The notes beneath the pieces were generated by a model. It ran no database searches. It saw only the letters and a program-made list of their open reading frames with translations, and was not told the DNA's origin. Source: Candidatus Puniceispirillum sp. (lineage in GTDB: Bacteria; Pseudomonadota; Alphaproteobacteria; Puniceispirillales; Puniceispirillaceae). From it: DNA of 64,000 bases. A program made the position numbers and the translations under genes. The DNA lies in contig NZ_CBFHNB010000001.1 in NCBI RefSeq assembly GCF_965657105.1, positions 30,937 through 94,936 on the forward strand, written 5' to 3'. Within the stretch, counting starts at the first letter, position 1, and every line of letters starts with the position of its first letter. Below, piece after piece: positions 1 through 9,790 of this stretch.

Positions 1-93
1 CCTGGGCATTTTATTTCGGCATTGGCTATTATTCTGACCGGCCTAGCCATATCACAGTTTTATGATCGCTGGCGCAAGCAAACAGCTGGTTAA
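1..93 (+). CDS. 3' end of a gene entering from the left edge; hydrophobic C-terminus (...ALAIILTGLAISQFYDRWRKQTAG*), product unknown
   Basis: Frame +1 is open from base 1 to TAA at 91-93. The hydrophobic tail suggests a membrane protein. The fragment is too short for a family call. Confidence 0.3.
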   Translation, partial: PGHFISALAIILTGLAISQFYDRWRKQTAG

Positions 94-112
94 GCCTGTC
101 GGCTATGGCCAC

Positions 113-1402
113 TCACATCATCGAAGGCAGTAATAATGAAATGGCGGGCACGAAGGTCAGTAGCATTAGCCGTAATATATCGGCGACCCAGAATGGTGTG
201 ACACCTTTGAAAATGGTTTTAACCGAAACGTCTTTCAGCACCCCTTTGAGCACAAATACATTCAAACCAATCGGCGGCGTTATCAGGCTAATTTCTGTCA
301 CGACGACAACCAAAATGCCAAACCAGATCAAATCAAATCCCAATCCTTGAACTAGCGGTGCAAAGATAGGAACTGTCAACAGGATCATCGACATCGATTC
401 AAACACACATCCCAGCAAAACATAAATCAGCAGGATAATAAAAATTACGCCCAATGGCGAAACATCAAAATTTGTGACAATATCGATAAGCGCTGAAGGC
501 AACCCCGCTCGATTGACGAAGTTTGAAAAGATCAGAGCACCGAATAACAGCAAAAACAACTTAGCCGACGTCAAAGCTGTCTCGCGTAACACTGCCATCG
601 CCGAGGATATGTTCAACGCCCCCCGCCGCCATGCGATCAGCATCGCGCCAGCCGCACCCATACCGGCCGCTTCCGTAGGCGTAAAGGCACCCACATAGAT
701 GCCCCCAATTACAAAAATGAATAAACCGAGCGTAGTCCATACATCACGAAGCGCAATCAGCCGGTCTGCCCAGCTGCTTTTTTCACCTGCCGGGCCAGCT
801 ACAGGATTACGCGAAACCACAACCATGACGGCAAGCAGATAGAACAGAACACCGATAAGACCTGGCAAAACTCCAGCAATAAATAATTTTCCAACCGAGG
901 TTTCGGTCATCAATCCATAAATCACCAGAATAACACTTGGTGGAATCAAAATGCCCAGCGTACCGCCAGCCGCAATCGACGCGGTGGCCAATGAATCGTC
1001 ATATTTGTAACGCCGCATTTCAGGCATAGACACTTTGGACATGGTGGCGGCTGTCGCCAAAGACGATCCACAAATCGCTGAAAACATGCCGCAGGCGCAA
1101 ATTGTTGACATCGCCAACCCACCTTTGCGATGCCCCAGAAACACATAAGCTGCACGGTATAATTCACGCGCCATGCCGCCACGTTCAACCATCAGCCCCA
1201 TCAGAATAAACAAAGGAATAACCGACAAGCCATAGGACTGACCTGAATCAATCACCAGTCGGCTGGCACTTGAGACCGCCGCGCGATAGCTGGACAGCTC
1301 GCCAAAACCAATCACGCCGACAAGACCTAGCGCAATACCCAGCGGCATCCGCATAAACGCCAGCACAAGGACAGCGGCAAAACCAATCAACGCTACGATC
1401 AT
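113..1402 (-). CDS. dctM: TRAP transporter large permease subunit (DctM family)
   Basis: 429-aa polytopic membrane ORF. It overlaps the upstream small-permease gene by 4 nt (1399-1402). Same-strand P-Q-M order is the classic tripartite arrangement. Confidence 0.9.
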   Translation of the reverse strand: MIVALIGFAAVLVLAFMRMPLGIALGLVGVIGFGELSSYRAAVSSASRLVIDSGQSYGLSVIPLFILMGLMVERGGMARELYRAAYVFLGHRKGGLAMSTICACGMFSAICGSSLATAATMSKVSMPEMRRYKYDDSLATASIAAGGTLGILIPPSVILVIYGLMTETSVGKLFIAGVLPGLIGVLFYLLAVMVVVSRNPVAGPAGEKSSWADRLIALRDVWTTLGLFIFVIGGIYVGAFTPTEAAGMGAAGAMLIAWRRGALNISSAMAVLRETALTSAKLFLLLFGALIFSNFVNRAGLPSALIDIVTNFDVSPLGVIFIILLIYVLLGCVFESMSMILLTVPIFAPLVQGLGFDLIWFGILVVVVTEISLITPPIGLNVFVLKGVLKDVSVKTIFKGVTPFWVADILRLMLLTFVPAISLLLPSMM

Positions 1403-1926
1403 TTGACATCCTCATCATCAGCAGAAAAATCTTTGCTGGGATTTGAAAACACAACCAGCAAACGGATAAAGGCCAGCACCGCCGCCGTATAAATAGATAG
1501 CGTAATAAAGGTCACGGTAATCACCCGGGGAATGCCCAGATATTCAGTCTTGTCACCATCCTCCAATGCGCGCACAGCATAATCAAACACACGACCACCT
1601 ATGCGGTAGGCCACATAAATCGAAATAACCAGCATCACAATACTGATCATCCAGCCAATTCGGCCTTTAGCAAAAAAGCCGATTAAATCAACTGTCACAT
1701 GATCATTTCGGTAAAACATCGCCGGAAGAGAAAAGAAGATAATGCCTGCCATACATATGCGCACAAGTTCGACCGCGCCAACAACAGGCATCGATAGAAA
1801 GTAGCGGCCAATCACATCTACGCAGGTCAGAACAACAAGCAAAAACAGAATAATTGCTGCTAAATTAGACACGAAACGGCTGGCATTTTCGGCCACCCGT
1901 TCCGCTGATTTTATCAACCCAGACAA
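1399..1926 (-). CDS. dctQ: TRAP transporter small permease subunit (DctQ family)
   Basis: 175 aa with about 4 hydrophobic helices, wedged between the DctP and DctM genes. Confidence 0.8.
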   Translation of the reverse strand: MSGLIKSAERVAENASRFVSNLAAIILFLLVVLTCVDVIGRYFLSMPVVGAVELVRICMAGIIFFSLPAMFYRNDHVTVDLIGFFAKGRIGWMISIVMLVISIYVAYRIGGRVFDYAVRALEDGDKTEYLGIPRVITVTFITLSIYTAAVLAFIRLLVVFSNPSKDFSADDEDVK

Positions 1927-1944
1927 AAAAGAGATGTCTCTGGT

Positions 1945-2967
1945 CTAGAGCTGTGACTTGAAAAAGGCAAGAGCTGCCTTGCCATCCACGCCACGACCAT
2001 CAATCGCAGCCAGAACTTTGGCCTCTATGCCCGCAGTTAGCTCTTTGAAATAGGCTTTATCAGAATCACTTGCATCTGTAACAGATAATCCCACTTTCAA
2101 ACCTTCAGCCATTCCCAAATCATCTGCCGCATCCCAATATGAGCCTACTTTTGCGGCCATTTTCACACCACGCATGTCATCAATACATTTTCGGTGAGAT
2201 GCAGATAGACCATCATAGGTATCTTTGTTCATCGCAATGGCAAAAGATGTTGTGTAAATGCCGTCTGTGTTGCGATATGTATTCTTCACAACCTCTGAAA
2301 CTTTGAAAGCATGCATAGTTTCCATTGGGAAGAATACGCCTTCCGCAACACCTGATGAAAGGGCTTCATAAACATTTGGTGCCGGCATATTCACACCAGC
2401 AACGCCTAATGCGCGGCCTATATCATTGGCCACACCACCACCGACGCGTAATTTCATACCTTTAAGATCTTTGAATGACGAGATAGGCTTGACCGTATGA
2501 ATCATACCTGGGCCATGCACAAAGTTGGCAAGTATTTCAACGCCTTTGGCTTCATTGGCAGCAGCTAGGTATTTTTCCCATGTCGCCTGAAATGCGGCTG
2601 ACACAGTTTCGGACTTACCATATAGACCCGGTAATTCAGCAAGCTTTGTTGTCTCGAATTTACCCGGCGTATAGCCATGCACCATCCAATTAATATCAGC
2701 CACACCATCACGAACAGTGTCATATTGTGCTAGTGGCGATGCCAAACCATATTCGACCTTCAAGCCAAGGCTACCACCTGAACAAGCTTTAAGCTCACCA
2801 TCCATCCATGGGAATACTGATGCGTTCATGGCGTGCTGTGGACTAGCCCACGAAGACACTGTCAGAACGGTGTCAGCATTTGCCACCGATACGCTCAATG
2901 GTGCTGCCAAGATTGACAATGCAGCGACACCAAGGCCAGCCACTTTAAATAAATTAGATTTTTTCAT
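1945..2967 (-). CDS. dctP: TRAP transporter substrate-binding protein (DctP family), ligand unknown
   Basis: 340 aa with an N-terminal signal peptide (MKKSNLFKVAGLGVAALSILAAPLSVSVANA). First gene of the P-Q-M unit. Confidence 0.85.
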   Translation of the reverse strand: MKKSNLFKVAGLGVAALSILAAPLSVSVANADTVLTVSSWASPQHAMNASVFPWMDGELKACSGGSLGLKVEYGLASPLAQYDTVRDGVADINWMVHGYTPGKFETTKLAELPGLYGKSETVSAAFQATWEKYLAAANEAKGVEILANFVHGPGMIHTVKPISSFKDLKGMKLRVGGGVANDIGRALGVAGVNMPAPNVYEALSSGVAEGVFFPMETMHAFKVSEVVKNTYRNTDGIYTTSFAIAMNKDTYDGLSASHRKCIDDMRGVKMAAKVGSYWDAADDLGMAEGLKVGLSVTDASDSDKAYFKELTAGIEAKVLAAIDGRGVDGKAALAFFKSQL

Positions 2968-3217
2968 GATAACTCTCCCTTGCAGTAAGCATCTTATTTT
3001 TATTTTTCCTCAGAAAACCTTCATTTACCCTACACATACGGTTGAAAGTGGCAACCCAATTTTCATAATGCGCGTCGATTTAAAATTACCCGAATTACGA
3101 TGTGGCCTTGATAGTGACGGCAATCGTTGTATTGGCAAATAATAACCCATCATCTGATAAACGTTTTTTTCTTCCCCTATCTTCTCATCCACCGTAACGT
3201 CACTTAATTGTAACAAT

Positions 3218-4561
3218 ATGGGGGACGACATGAGCAACAATCAAATCGGAAATAGCGAACAGCTACAAGATCCTAATTATGAAATACCTATGGGGCCAAG
3301 AGTGGCACTAGGGCTTCAGCATGTATTGGCAATGTTTGCCAGTAATGTAACACCATCAATTATTATCGCTGGCGCTGCAGGCTTTGCCTTTGGCGGCGAA
3401 GACATGGTGTTTCTAATCCAGATGGCCATGCTTTTTGCGGGTATTGCGACCTTGTTTCAAACGATTGGCATTGGACCTGTTGGAGCCCGGTTGCCTGTCA
3501 TGCAAGGGACTAGCTTTGCCTTTGTGCCGATCATGATAGGCATCGTTAAAGCTGGCGGCATGGCGACATTAATGGGTGCTATCTTGGTAGCGGGCATTTT
3601 CCACACCTTCCTTGGCGCTATTATTGGCCGTATTCGTCATTTATTCCCCCCTCTGGTATCTGGAATGGTGATAATGGCTATTGGTCTAGCACTGCTTCCT
3701 GTAGGCATCAAATATGCGGCAGGCGGTGCAGCCGAATTCCAGATGAATGCACCAGAATGGGGTGATTTCAGTAAATGGAGCCTGGCTCTGACCGTAATCA
3801 TTGTTGCCCTTGGCTTCAAATTTTTCACTCGTGGCATTGCGTCTTCAGCAGCTATTTTGCTTGGCTTGATCGCTGGTTACCTTGTTGGTATCGCGACTGG
3901 TGTTGTCAATTTTAGTGGCGTCGCCAAAGCTGCATGGTTTGTTGTGCCAACACCTTTCAAATATGGCATTGAGTTCAGTGCCTATGCGATCATCGGTATG
4001 ATACTGATGTCAATTGTAAGTGCGATTGAGACTGTTGGCGATATTTCTGGTATTGCCAAAGGTGGCGCTAACCGTGAAGCGACTGACGAAGAACTGGCTG
4101 GCGGCACTTATGCTGACGGACTTGGCAGCGCGATTGCGGGTATTTTTGGTGGCTTGCCAAACACATCCTTTAGCCAGAATGTTGGCCTAATTTCAATGAC
4201 TGGCGTCATGAGCCGGGGCGTAGTGACTATTTCAGGTATTTTCCTGATCATCTGTGGCTTTATTCCAAAGATCGGTGCCATTATTTCTGCAATGCCAATT
4301 TCGGTACTTGGTGGGGGTGTGATCCTGATGTTCGGTATGGTCGTATCGGCTGGTATCAACATGCTATCAGATGTGCATTGGAGCCGCCGCAACATGGTCA
4401 TTCTGGCTACATCACTATCTGTTGGCCTTGGTTTGCAAGCTGTACCAAAATCGATGCAGCATCTGCCTGATAGTTTTGAAATGCTGATGGTTTCGGGTTT
4501 GTTACCTGTTGCCGTACTTGCTGTGGTGATGAACATGCTTTTACCTGAGGATGCAGACTGA
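3218..4561 (+). CDS. Nucleobase:cation symporter-2 (NCS2/NAT) permease, xanthine/urate type
   Basis: 447-aa multi-TM ORF. It carries the NAT signature [Q/E/P]-N-x-G-x-x-x-x-T-[R/K/G] as QNVGLISMTG, and Q is typical of xanthine/urate members. An alternative start ATG at 3230 is preceded by GGGGGA. Confidence 0.85.
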   Translation: MGDDMSNNQIGNSEQLQDPNYEIPMGPRVALGLQHVLAMFASNVTPSIIIAGAAGFAFGGEDMVFLIQMAMLFAGIATLFQTIGIGPVGARLPVMQGTSFAFVPIMIGIVKAGGMATLMGAILVAGIFHTFLGAIIGRIRHLFPPLVSGMVIMAIGLALLPVGIKYAAGGAAEFQMNAPEWGDFSKWSLALTVIIVALGFKFFTRGIASSAAILLGLIAGYLVGIATGVVNFSGVAKAAWFVVPTPFKYGIEFSAYAIIGMILMSIVSAIETVGDISGIAKGGANREATDEELAGGTYADGLGSAIAGIFGGLPNTSFSQNVGLISMTGVMSRGVVTISGIFLIICGFIPKIGAIISAMPISVLGGGVILMFGMVVSAGINMLSDVHWSRRNMVILATSLSVGLGLQAVPKSMQHLPDSFEMLMVSGLLPVAVLAVVMNMLLPEDAD

Positions 4562-4650
4562 TTGCATCGTGCATAATACCAAACCGTGGGCGCCGTCAAA
4601 ATGATTTGGCGGCGCTTACAAAATGTCAATGGAATCAAATGGATTAATAA

Positions 4651-6030
4651 ATGTCAGGGCAAACACTTCTTATCAAAAATGCTGATATTCTTTGTACTAT
4701 GGCATCTAGCGGACAAGACAGTGCCAGTGATATAAACGAAATTAAAAATGGCGGTTTATTCATTCGTGACGGCGTTATCGAGCAGGTTGCCACCACCAAT
4801 CAGCTCCCCACATCAGCCGATACTGTTCTCGACCTTACCGGACATATTGTTATTCCTGGCATGGTCAATACCCACCATCACTTATTTCAGAATTTAACCC
4901 GTGCGGTACCTGCCGCCCAGAATGCGCCGCTATTTGGCTGGCTGCAAACTCTCTATCCAATATGGAGCCATATAGGCCCCGACCATATTTACTGGTCAAC
5001 GGCTCTTGGGCTTGCCGAGCTTGCCTTAAGTGGCTGTACGACATCGTCAGACCATCTTTATCTATATCCTAATGGTGCACGACTTGATGACGCCTTATCT
5101 GCCGCGTCTGATATTGGTGTTCGTTTTCACGGCACACGAGGTTCGATGAGCATTGGCGAATCCAAAGGTGGCTTACCTCCCGATAATCTGACCGAACATG
5201 AGCCTGATATCCTGAATGAATGCCAGCGCCTAATCGAAGAGTATCACGATGACAGCCCCTATGCTATGCAACGTATTGCACTTGCCCCATGCTCACCCTT
5301 CTCGGTCAGTATGGATCTTATGCGTGAAACCGCCTCAATGGCACGTGCCTATCATGTTGGCATGCACACGCATCTCGCCGAAAATGTCGAAGATATCGAT
5401 TACAGTTTAGCCACCTTTGGCATGCGGCCAGGTGACTATATCGAAGCTGTTGGCTGGACAGGTGATGATGTCTGGCATGCGCATTGTGTGCAGTTGAATA
5501 AAGATGAGATTGACCTATTTGCCCGCACAGGCACGGGCGTGGCGCATTGCCCATGTTCCAATATGCGGCTTGCCAGCGGCATTGCGCCTATCCGCAGCAT
5601 GCTCGACGCTGGTATGAAAGTCGGTCTTGGCGTCGATGGATCAGCATCGAATGACAGTGCTCATATGCTGAACGAAGCCCGCCAGACCATGCTTCTGCAA
5701 CGCGTCAATCAAGGTGGTGACGCCATGACAGCGCGTGAGGCCTTGCGCCTTGCCACGGTGGGAGGTGCTTCGGTTCTAAATCGAAATGACATTGGCATTC
5801 TGGCACCTGGCTATGCTGCTGATATTGCCGCCTTTGATAGGCGCAGGATTGATTTTGCCGGCAGTGACTGGGATCCCGTAGCGTCACTCATATTCTGCGG
5901 GCCGGTCAAAACAAATTATACAATTATCAATGGCAAAATTGTCGTAGCTGAGGGACAGCTAACCACGATGGATATGAACAAGCTACTTACCGAACATCGC
6001 CGTATGTCGCATCATTTAATGACCGCTTAA
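4651..6030 (+). CDS. Amidohydrolase-superfamily deaminase, 8-oxoguanine deaminase-like (cog0402 group)
   Basis: 459 aa. Metal-ligand motifs VNTHHHLFQ, HTHLAE and GVDGSASND are present. From memory the overall sequence strongly resembles Pa0142-type 8-oxoguanine deaminase and not GuaD. It is embedded in the purine cluster. Confidence 0.65.
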   Translation: MSGQTLLIKNADILCTMASSGQDSASDINEIKNGGLFIRDGVIEQVATTNQLPTSADTVLDLTGHIVIPGMVNTHHHLFQNLTRAVPAAQNAPLFGWLQTLYPIWSHIGPDHIYWSTALGLAELALSGCTTSSDHLYLYPNGARLDDALSAASDIGVRFHGTRGSMSIGESKGGLPPDNLTEHEPDILNECQRLIEEYHDDSPYAMQRIALAPCSPFSVSMDLMRETASMARAYHVGMHTHLAENVEDIDYSLATFGMRPGDYIEAVGWTGDDVWHAHCVQLNKDEIDLFARTGTGVAHCPCSNMRLASGIAPIRSMLDAGMKVGLGVDGSASNDSAHMLNEARQTMLLQRVNQGGDAMTAREALRLATVGGASVLNRNDIGILAPGYAADIAAFDRRRIDFAGSDWDPVASLIFCGPVKTNYTIINGKIVVAEGQLTTMDMNKLLTEHRRMSHHLMTA

Positions 6031-6047
6031 CAATCATCTAAAACACA

Positions 6048-6557
6048 TCAGAGATCAATTTGAGCCGTCATATCTTCTGCCCAGACCTCATCCAGATTAT
6101 GGCCATTACCCGAACGATCCATGACCAGAAAGTCCTGACTTTCCTCTAATATCAGCAATGGATGATGCCACGTGCCCCGATCATAACTGACCCCCTGACT
6201 ACCGGTAGCCCGAAAACAGACAAGCCGGTCAAAATCAGGCGCGCTATCATCGGCATTGCCAGCGGCCACAACAACCAACCAATCATGATTGGCTAGCGGC
6301 ATAAAGGCCTGCGAACCAAGTGGATGCCGTTCAAGCATAGATATCTCAATCGGGCTGGAACGGCGTGTTCCCCGAAATAGGGAAATAATGGGTATGCCGC
6401 CTTCATATGCAACATCGATCTGCGCCAGCGCGTCAAACCGCGTCGTGGTGCCCTGATTGATGCTGATCTGCTGGGCGCCATCTGTTTCAATAACCGTGCC
6501 ATAAGGTGCAAAGGCGCCCTTGGTTAGGGGCTGAACGGAAAGCTTTTGGCTGTCCAT
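6048..6557 (-). CDS. allA: Ureidoglycolate lyase (urea-releasing)
   Basis: 169 aa, AllA size and N-terminal pattern (QPLTKGAFAPYGTVIE). Its start abuts the allantoicase stop (shared base 6557). Confidence 0.8.
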   Translation of the reverse strand: MDSQKLSVQPLTKGAFAPYGTVIETDGAQQISINQGTTTRFDALAQIDVAYEGGIPIISLFRGTRRSSPIEISMLERHPLGSQAFMPLANHDWLVVVAAGNADDSAPDFDRLVCFRATGSQGVSYDRGTWHHPLLILEESQDFLVMDRSGNGHNLDEVWAEDMTAQIDL

Positions 6558-7561
6558 TATGTCACCACCTTGCCAAATAATCGCAATCGCGAAACACCAC
6601 CATCGGGGAAAATATTCAACCGCACAATATTAACGGGACCCATATCATTAATATCAGCATCACTGAATCTATGGATATTATCAGCTGATAATGACTTTTC
6701 ACCCATAAGTTCAAGCCAGTTTTCAGCCGCGTCTAGATCAACCTCACCCTCAATCAATGCGGCTTGAATGCTACATCGGTCTGGATAATTACCTTTAAAA
6801 TGTGCTGTATCGACTTCAATGTCTGAAATCAGCCCCGTAGCACCAAGACGAACCACGATCCAGTCATGCCCTGGTTCACGGCGGCGACGAGTTTCCCAAC
6901 CATCCCCCATTGTCTGGCCACGCCCTTCGGAAATCAGCGCATTGACGTCACCATAATGCGCATCATTATAGCCAAGAATACAACCACCAGCGCGTAACGC
7001 TGATAACTCGACAGATGTATCGCCCTGACCTGACCAGTCACGTTGCACATCGCCAAAAAGACGCAGTCTGGCAATGCCACCATCTGGGTAGATATTCAGC
7101 CGCACGATATTCACAGGACCCACATCTCGAGCTGATAACAGGTGATGTGCATCTGGCCCTAGTTGGGTTTCGTCAATCACCGTTTTCCAATCAGCCTTGT
7201 CGATATCACCATCTACGCAATACGCAGCTTCCAACATAGCGCCTGGCGGATAATTACCTGTAAAATGAGCTGTATTGATATCGACAAGCCGAATGGTTCC
7301 GGTTTCGCCAAGATGCAGAACGCACCAGTCATGGCCACCATGACGCCGCCGGCGTGATTCCCATCCATCCATCCATTTGCCATGATCATCAAATTTGTCT
7401 GGCACAAAGACAGGCACTGTATCAGCTAGCATACGCGGTGCTTCGGCAAAGAAATCATCACTTACCGAATGAATTTTAGTGCCCATCCGCGTTGATGCCA
7501 AATTAACCAGACCCATGGCTTCGGCTGGTGGAAATTCATTGTTCATTTTTACCTCTTTCAT
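6557..7561 (-). CDS. alc: Allantoicase
   Basis: 334 aa with two allantoicase repeats, each carrying DGWE(S/T)RRRR (DGWESRRRRHGGHDW and DGWETRRRREPGHDW). Confidence 0.9.
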   Translation of the reverse strand: MKEVKMNNEFPPAEAMGLVNLASTRMGTKIHSVSDDFFAEAPRMLADTVPVFVPDKFDDHGKWMDGWESRRRRHGGHDWCVLHLGETGTIRLVDINTAHFTGNYPPGAMLEAAYCVDGDIDKADWKTVIDETQLGPDAHHLLSARDVGPVNIVRLNIYPDGGIARLRLFGDVQRDWSGQGDTSVELSALRAGGCILGYNDAHYGDVNALISEGRGQTMGDGWETRRRREPGHDWIVVRLGATGLISDIEVDTAHFKGNYPDRCSIQAALIEGEVDLDAAENWLELMGEKSLSADNIHRFSDADINDMGPVNIVRLNIFPDGGVSRLRLFGKVVT

Positions 7562-7588
7562 ATGCGGCAGGTGCCGTAATAGTCTTAT

Positions 7589-8494
7589 TCACGAATAGGG
7601 ATATGTTTTAATCCAGTGTTTGGCTATATCAAGCCGCCGTGCCATCCACACTTTTTCATGTTTTTGCACGTGATCAATGAATTTTACCAGACCTGCAAAA
7701 CGTGCCGGACGGCCAATCAGGCGGCAATGCAACCCAACTGACATCATCTTTGGGCTTGTTGCGCCTTCAGCATATAATGTGTCAAACGCATCTATCAGAT
7801 AGCTGGCGAATTGATCACCTGTATGAAACCCCTGTGCGGTTGCAAAGCGCATATCATTTGTATCAAGCGTATAGGGCACTATCAGTTGTGGTCGGGTGGT
7901 GTGCTTACTCCAGAATGGCACATCATCCGAATAATCATCAGCGTCATAAACAAAGCCACCTTCTTTTGCCACCAGATCACGCGTATGCGCACTGGTGCGG
8001 CCTGTGTACCAGCCCAGTGGTCGCGCACCACAAATGTCGGTATGGATTGCAATCGCCTTTTCCATATGCGCATGTTCTTCATCCACGCTCATGCCATGAT
8101 AATTGATCCAGCGATAGCCATGTGAGGCAATTTCATGCCCATCTTTCAAGGCTTGTTCAATCACCTGTGGATGTCTTTGCATCGCCATGGCAACAGCAAA
8201 AAGCGTAATTGGAATTTTACGAGCTCTGAACAGATCAAGAATACGCCATACGCCAGCCCGCGAGCCATATTCATAAATCGATTCCATCGACATGTGACGC
8301 GCATTGTGAAACGGTTCGGCACCAATGATTTCGGATAAAAACATTTCTGATGCTGAATCACCATGCAGAATAGAATTTTCGCCGCCTTCTTCGTAATTCA
8401 GCACAAACTGAACCGCAATGCGCGCGCCATCCGGCCATTGTGCATGTGGGGGTTGGCCATTATAACCAATCAGATCACGCGGGTAATCGCCCAT
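7589..8494 (-). CDS. puuE: Allantoinase, PuuE type (polysaccharide-deacetylase fold, metal-independent)
   Basis: 301 aa. The N-terminus YPRDLIGYNGQPPHAQWPDGARIAVQFVLNYEEGGE matches the PuuE hallmark as I recall it. Confidence 0.85.
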   Translation of the reverse strand: MGDYPRDLIGYNGQPPHAQWPDGARIAVQFVLNYEEGGENSILHGDSASEMFLSEIIGAEPFHNARHMSMESIYEYGSRAGVWRILDLFRARKIPITLFAVAMAMQRHPQVIEQALKDGHEIASHGYRWINYHGMSVDEEHAHMEKAIAIHTDICGARPLGWYTGRTSAHTRDLVAKEGGFVYDADDYSDDVPFWSKHTTRPQLIVPYTLDTNDMRFATAQGFHTGDQFASYLIDAFDTLYAEGATSPKMMSVGLHCRLIGRPARFAGLVKFIDHVQKHEKVWMARRLDIAKHWIKTYPYS

Positions 8495-9750
8495 TAACTG
8501 CCCTCAATCTCGCCAGCGCGCATGGCCGCCCGCCACGCGGCCAGCAAGGCACGTTCTTCGTCTTCAACCCATATCACATTCCCTGGCGGCATCGCATGAG
8601 ATTGCGCCGACTGCCAGAAAATTTCATCAACCAGCGCCATAACTTGGGTTTCATTTTCAAGCAGGATGCCCTTAGGCGCAAACGCCATACCATCCCATTG
8701 CGGCACCTCGGCATGACAAACACTGCAGCGCTCAATAACAAGCTCGACAGCATGGGCATGCAACTCTGCTCCGCGCCCATAGCTAGCCTCGTCATAGCTG
8801 GCCTGCGGTGCACCGGCATAGGATAGAAACATCGCCAACACAGTCAGAACAGCAGCCACAAACCATGTCCAATTTGGAGCTGGTAGTCCTTTATGCTTGG
8901 TGTTGTAGTAATGCCGGATCACACAACCTATAACCAGAACAAGCGCCAGAATAATCCAGCTATAGGCGGTCGCGAATACCATTGGATAATGGCCACCAAG
9001 CATGACAAAAATCACTGGTAAGGTCAGATAATTATTATGCAATGAGCGCTGTTTACCCCGAATGCCGTATGCTGGATCGGGCGAATCACCTGCTTTGAGC
9101 GCTGCCACTACCTTGGTTTGCCCCGGAATAATCACCATCAGCACATTGGCAACCATCATCGTGCCGATCGTAACACCCATTTGCATGAAGGCACCACGCG
9201 CTGAAAAAATTTGGGTGTAACCATAGGCAAGCAGCACGAGAAACACAAACCCCGCCACAGCCAGCATCGTATCATCACGCCCAAGCGGACTTCGACACAA
9301 GCCGTCATACACCACCCAACCAAGAATAATACCAGCAAGACTTATGGCCACGGCCTGCCATTCAGTAATATCAAGAATCTCAAGATCGATCATATACAGG
9401 CTTGCCGCACCATAATAAACCAGCGCCATCAGTGCCATGCCCGAAATCCATGTCCCATAGGCTTCCCATTTGAACCATGTCAGTTCTTCCGGCATCCGCT
9501 TTGGTGCAACCAGATATTTGACCATGTTATAGAAACCGCCCCCATGAACCTGCCATGCCTGCCCATGCGCTTCATCTGGCAGCTGTTTGCCAGGCTTCAG
9601 GCTTAAATCAAGCGCAATAAAATAGAAAGACGACCCGATCCAGGCAATGCCAGCAATAACATGCACCCAGCGAATTAGCATTTCTGACCATATCCAAAGA
9701 TAATCAATCATGAGGCAATCTCCATTTCTTTCAGCAAATATATACCCCAT
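8494..9750 (-). CDS. puuD: Membrane-bound urate hydroxylase PuuD (cytochrome c-containing)
   Basis: 418 aa. Multiple TM helices are followed by a C-terminal domain with one CxxCH haem-c motif (CSVCHAE). One-base overlap with puuE. Confidence 0.8.
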   Translation of the reverse strand: MGYIFAERNGDCLMIDYLWIWSEMLIRWVHVIAGIAWIGSSFYFIALDLSLKPGKQLPDEAHGQAWQVHGGGFYNMVKYLVAPKRMPEELTWFKWEAYGTWISGMALMALVYYGAASLYMIDLEILDITEWQAVAISLAGIILGWVVYDGLCRSPLGRDDTMLAVAGFVFLVLLAYGYTQIFSARGAFMQMGVTIGTMMVANVLMVIIPGQTKVVAALKAGDSPDPAYGIRGKQRSLHNNYLTLPVIFVMLGGHYPMVFATAYSWIILALVLVIGCVIRHYYNTKHKGLPAPNWTWFVAAVLTVLAMFLSYAGAPQASYDEASYGRGAELHAHAVELVIERCSVCHAEVPQWDGMAFAPKGILLENETQVMALVDEIFWQSAQSHAMPPGNVIWVEDEERALLAAWRAAMRAGEIEGS

Positions 9751-9790
9751 AAGAAGCGATGATCATATGTGATGTTAAAATAATGTGCGA

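Noticed and set aside
2968-3217. Purine riboswitch upstream of the xanthine/urate permease
   Set aside because: I could not find the conserved three-way-junction core or the loop-loop sequence pattern of guanine/adenine riboswitches. That class is also mainly found in Firmicutes and a few other groups.
3025-3240. 71-aa ORF inside the dctP / permease divergent intergenic region
   Set aside because: It has no SD, no recognisable domain, and an AT-rich promoter-like context. It would need to be transcribed through two divergent promoters. I treat it as a chance ORF.
4108-4638. 176-aa ORF on the minus strand
   Set aside because: It is antisense to the 3' third of the NCS2 permease gene and has no recognisable family features.
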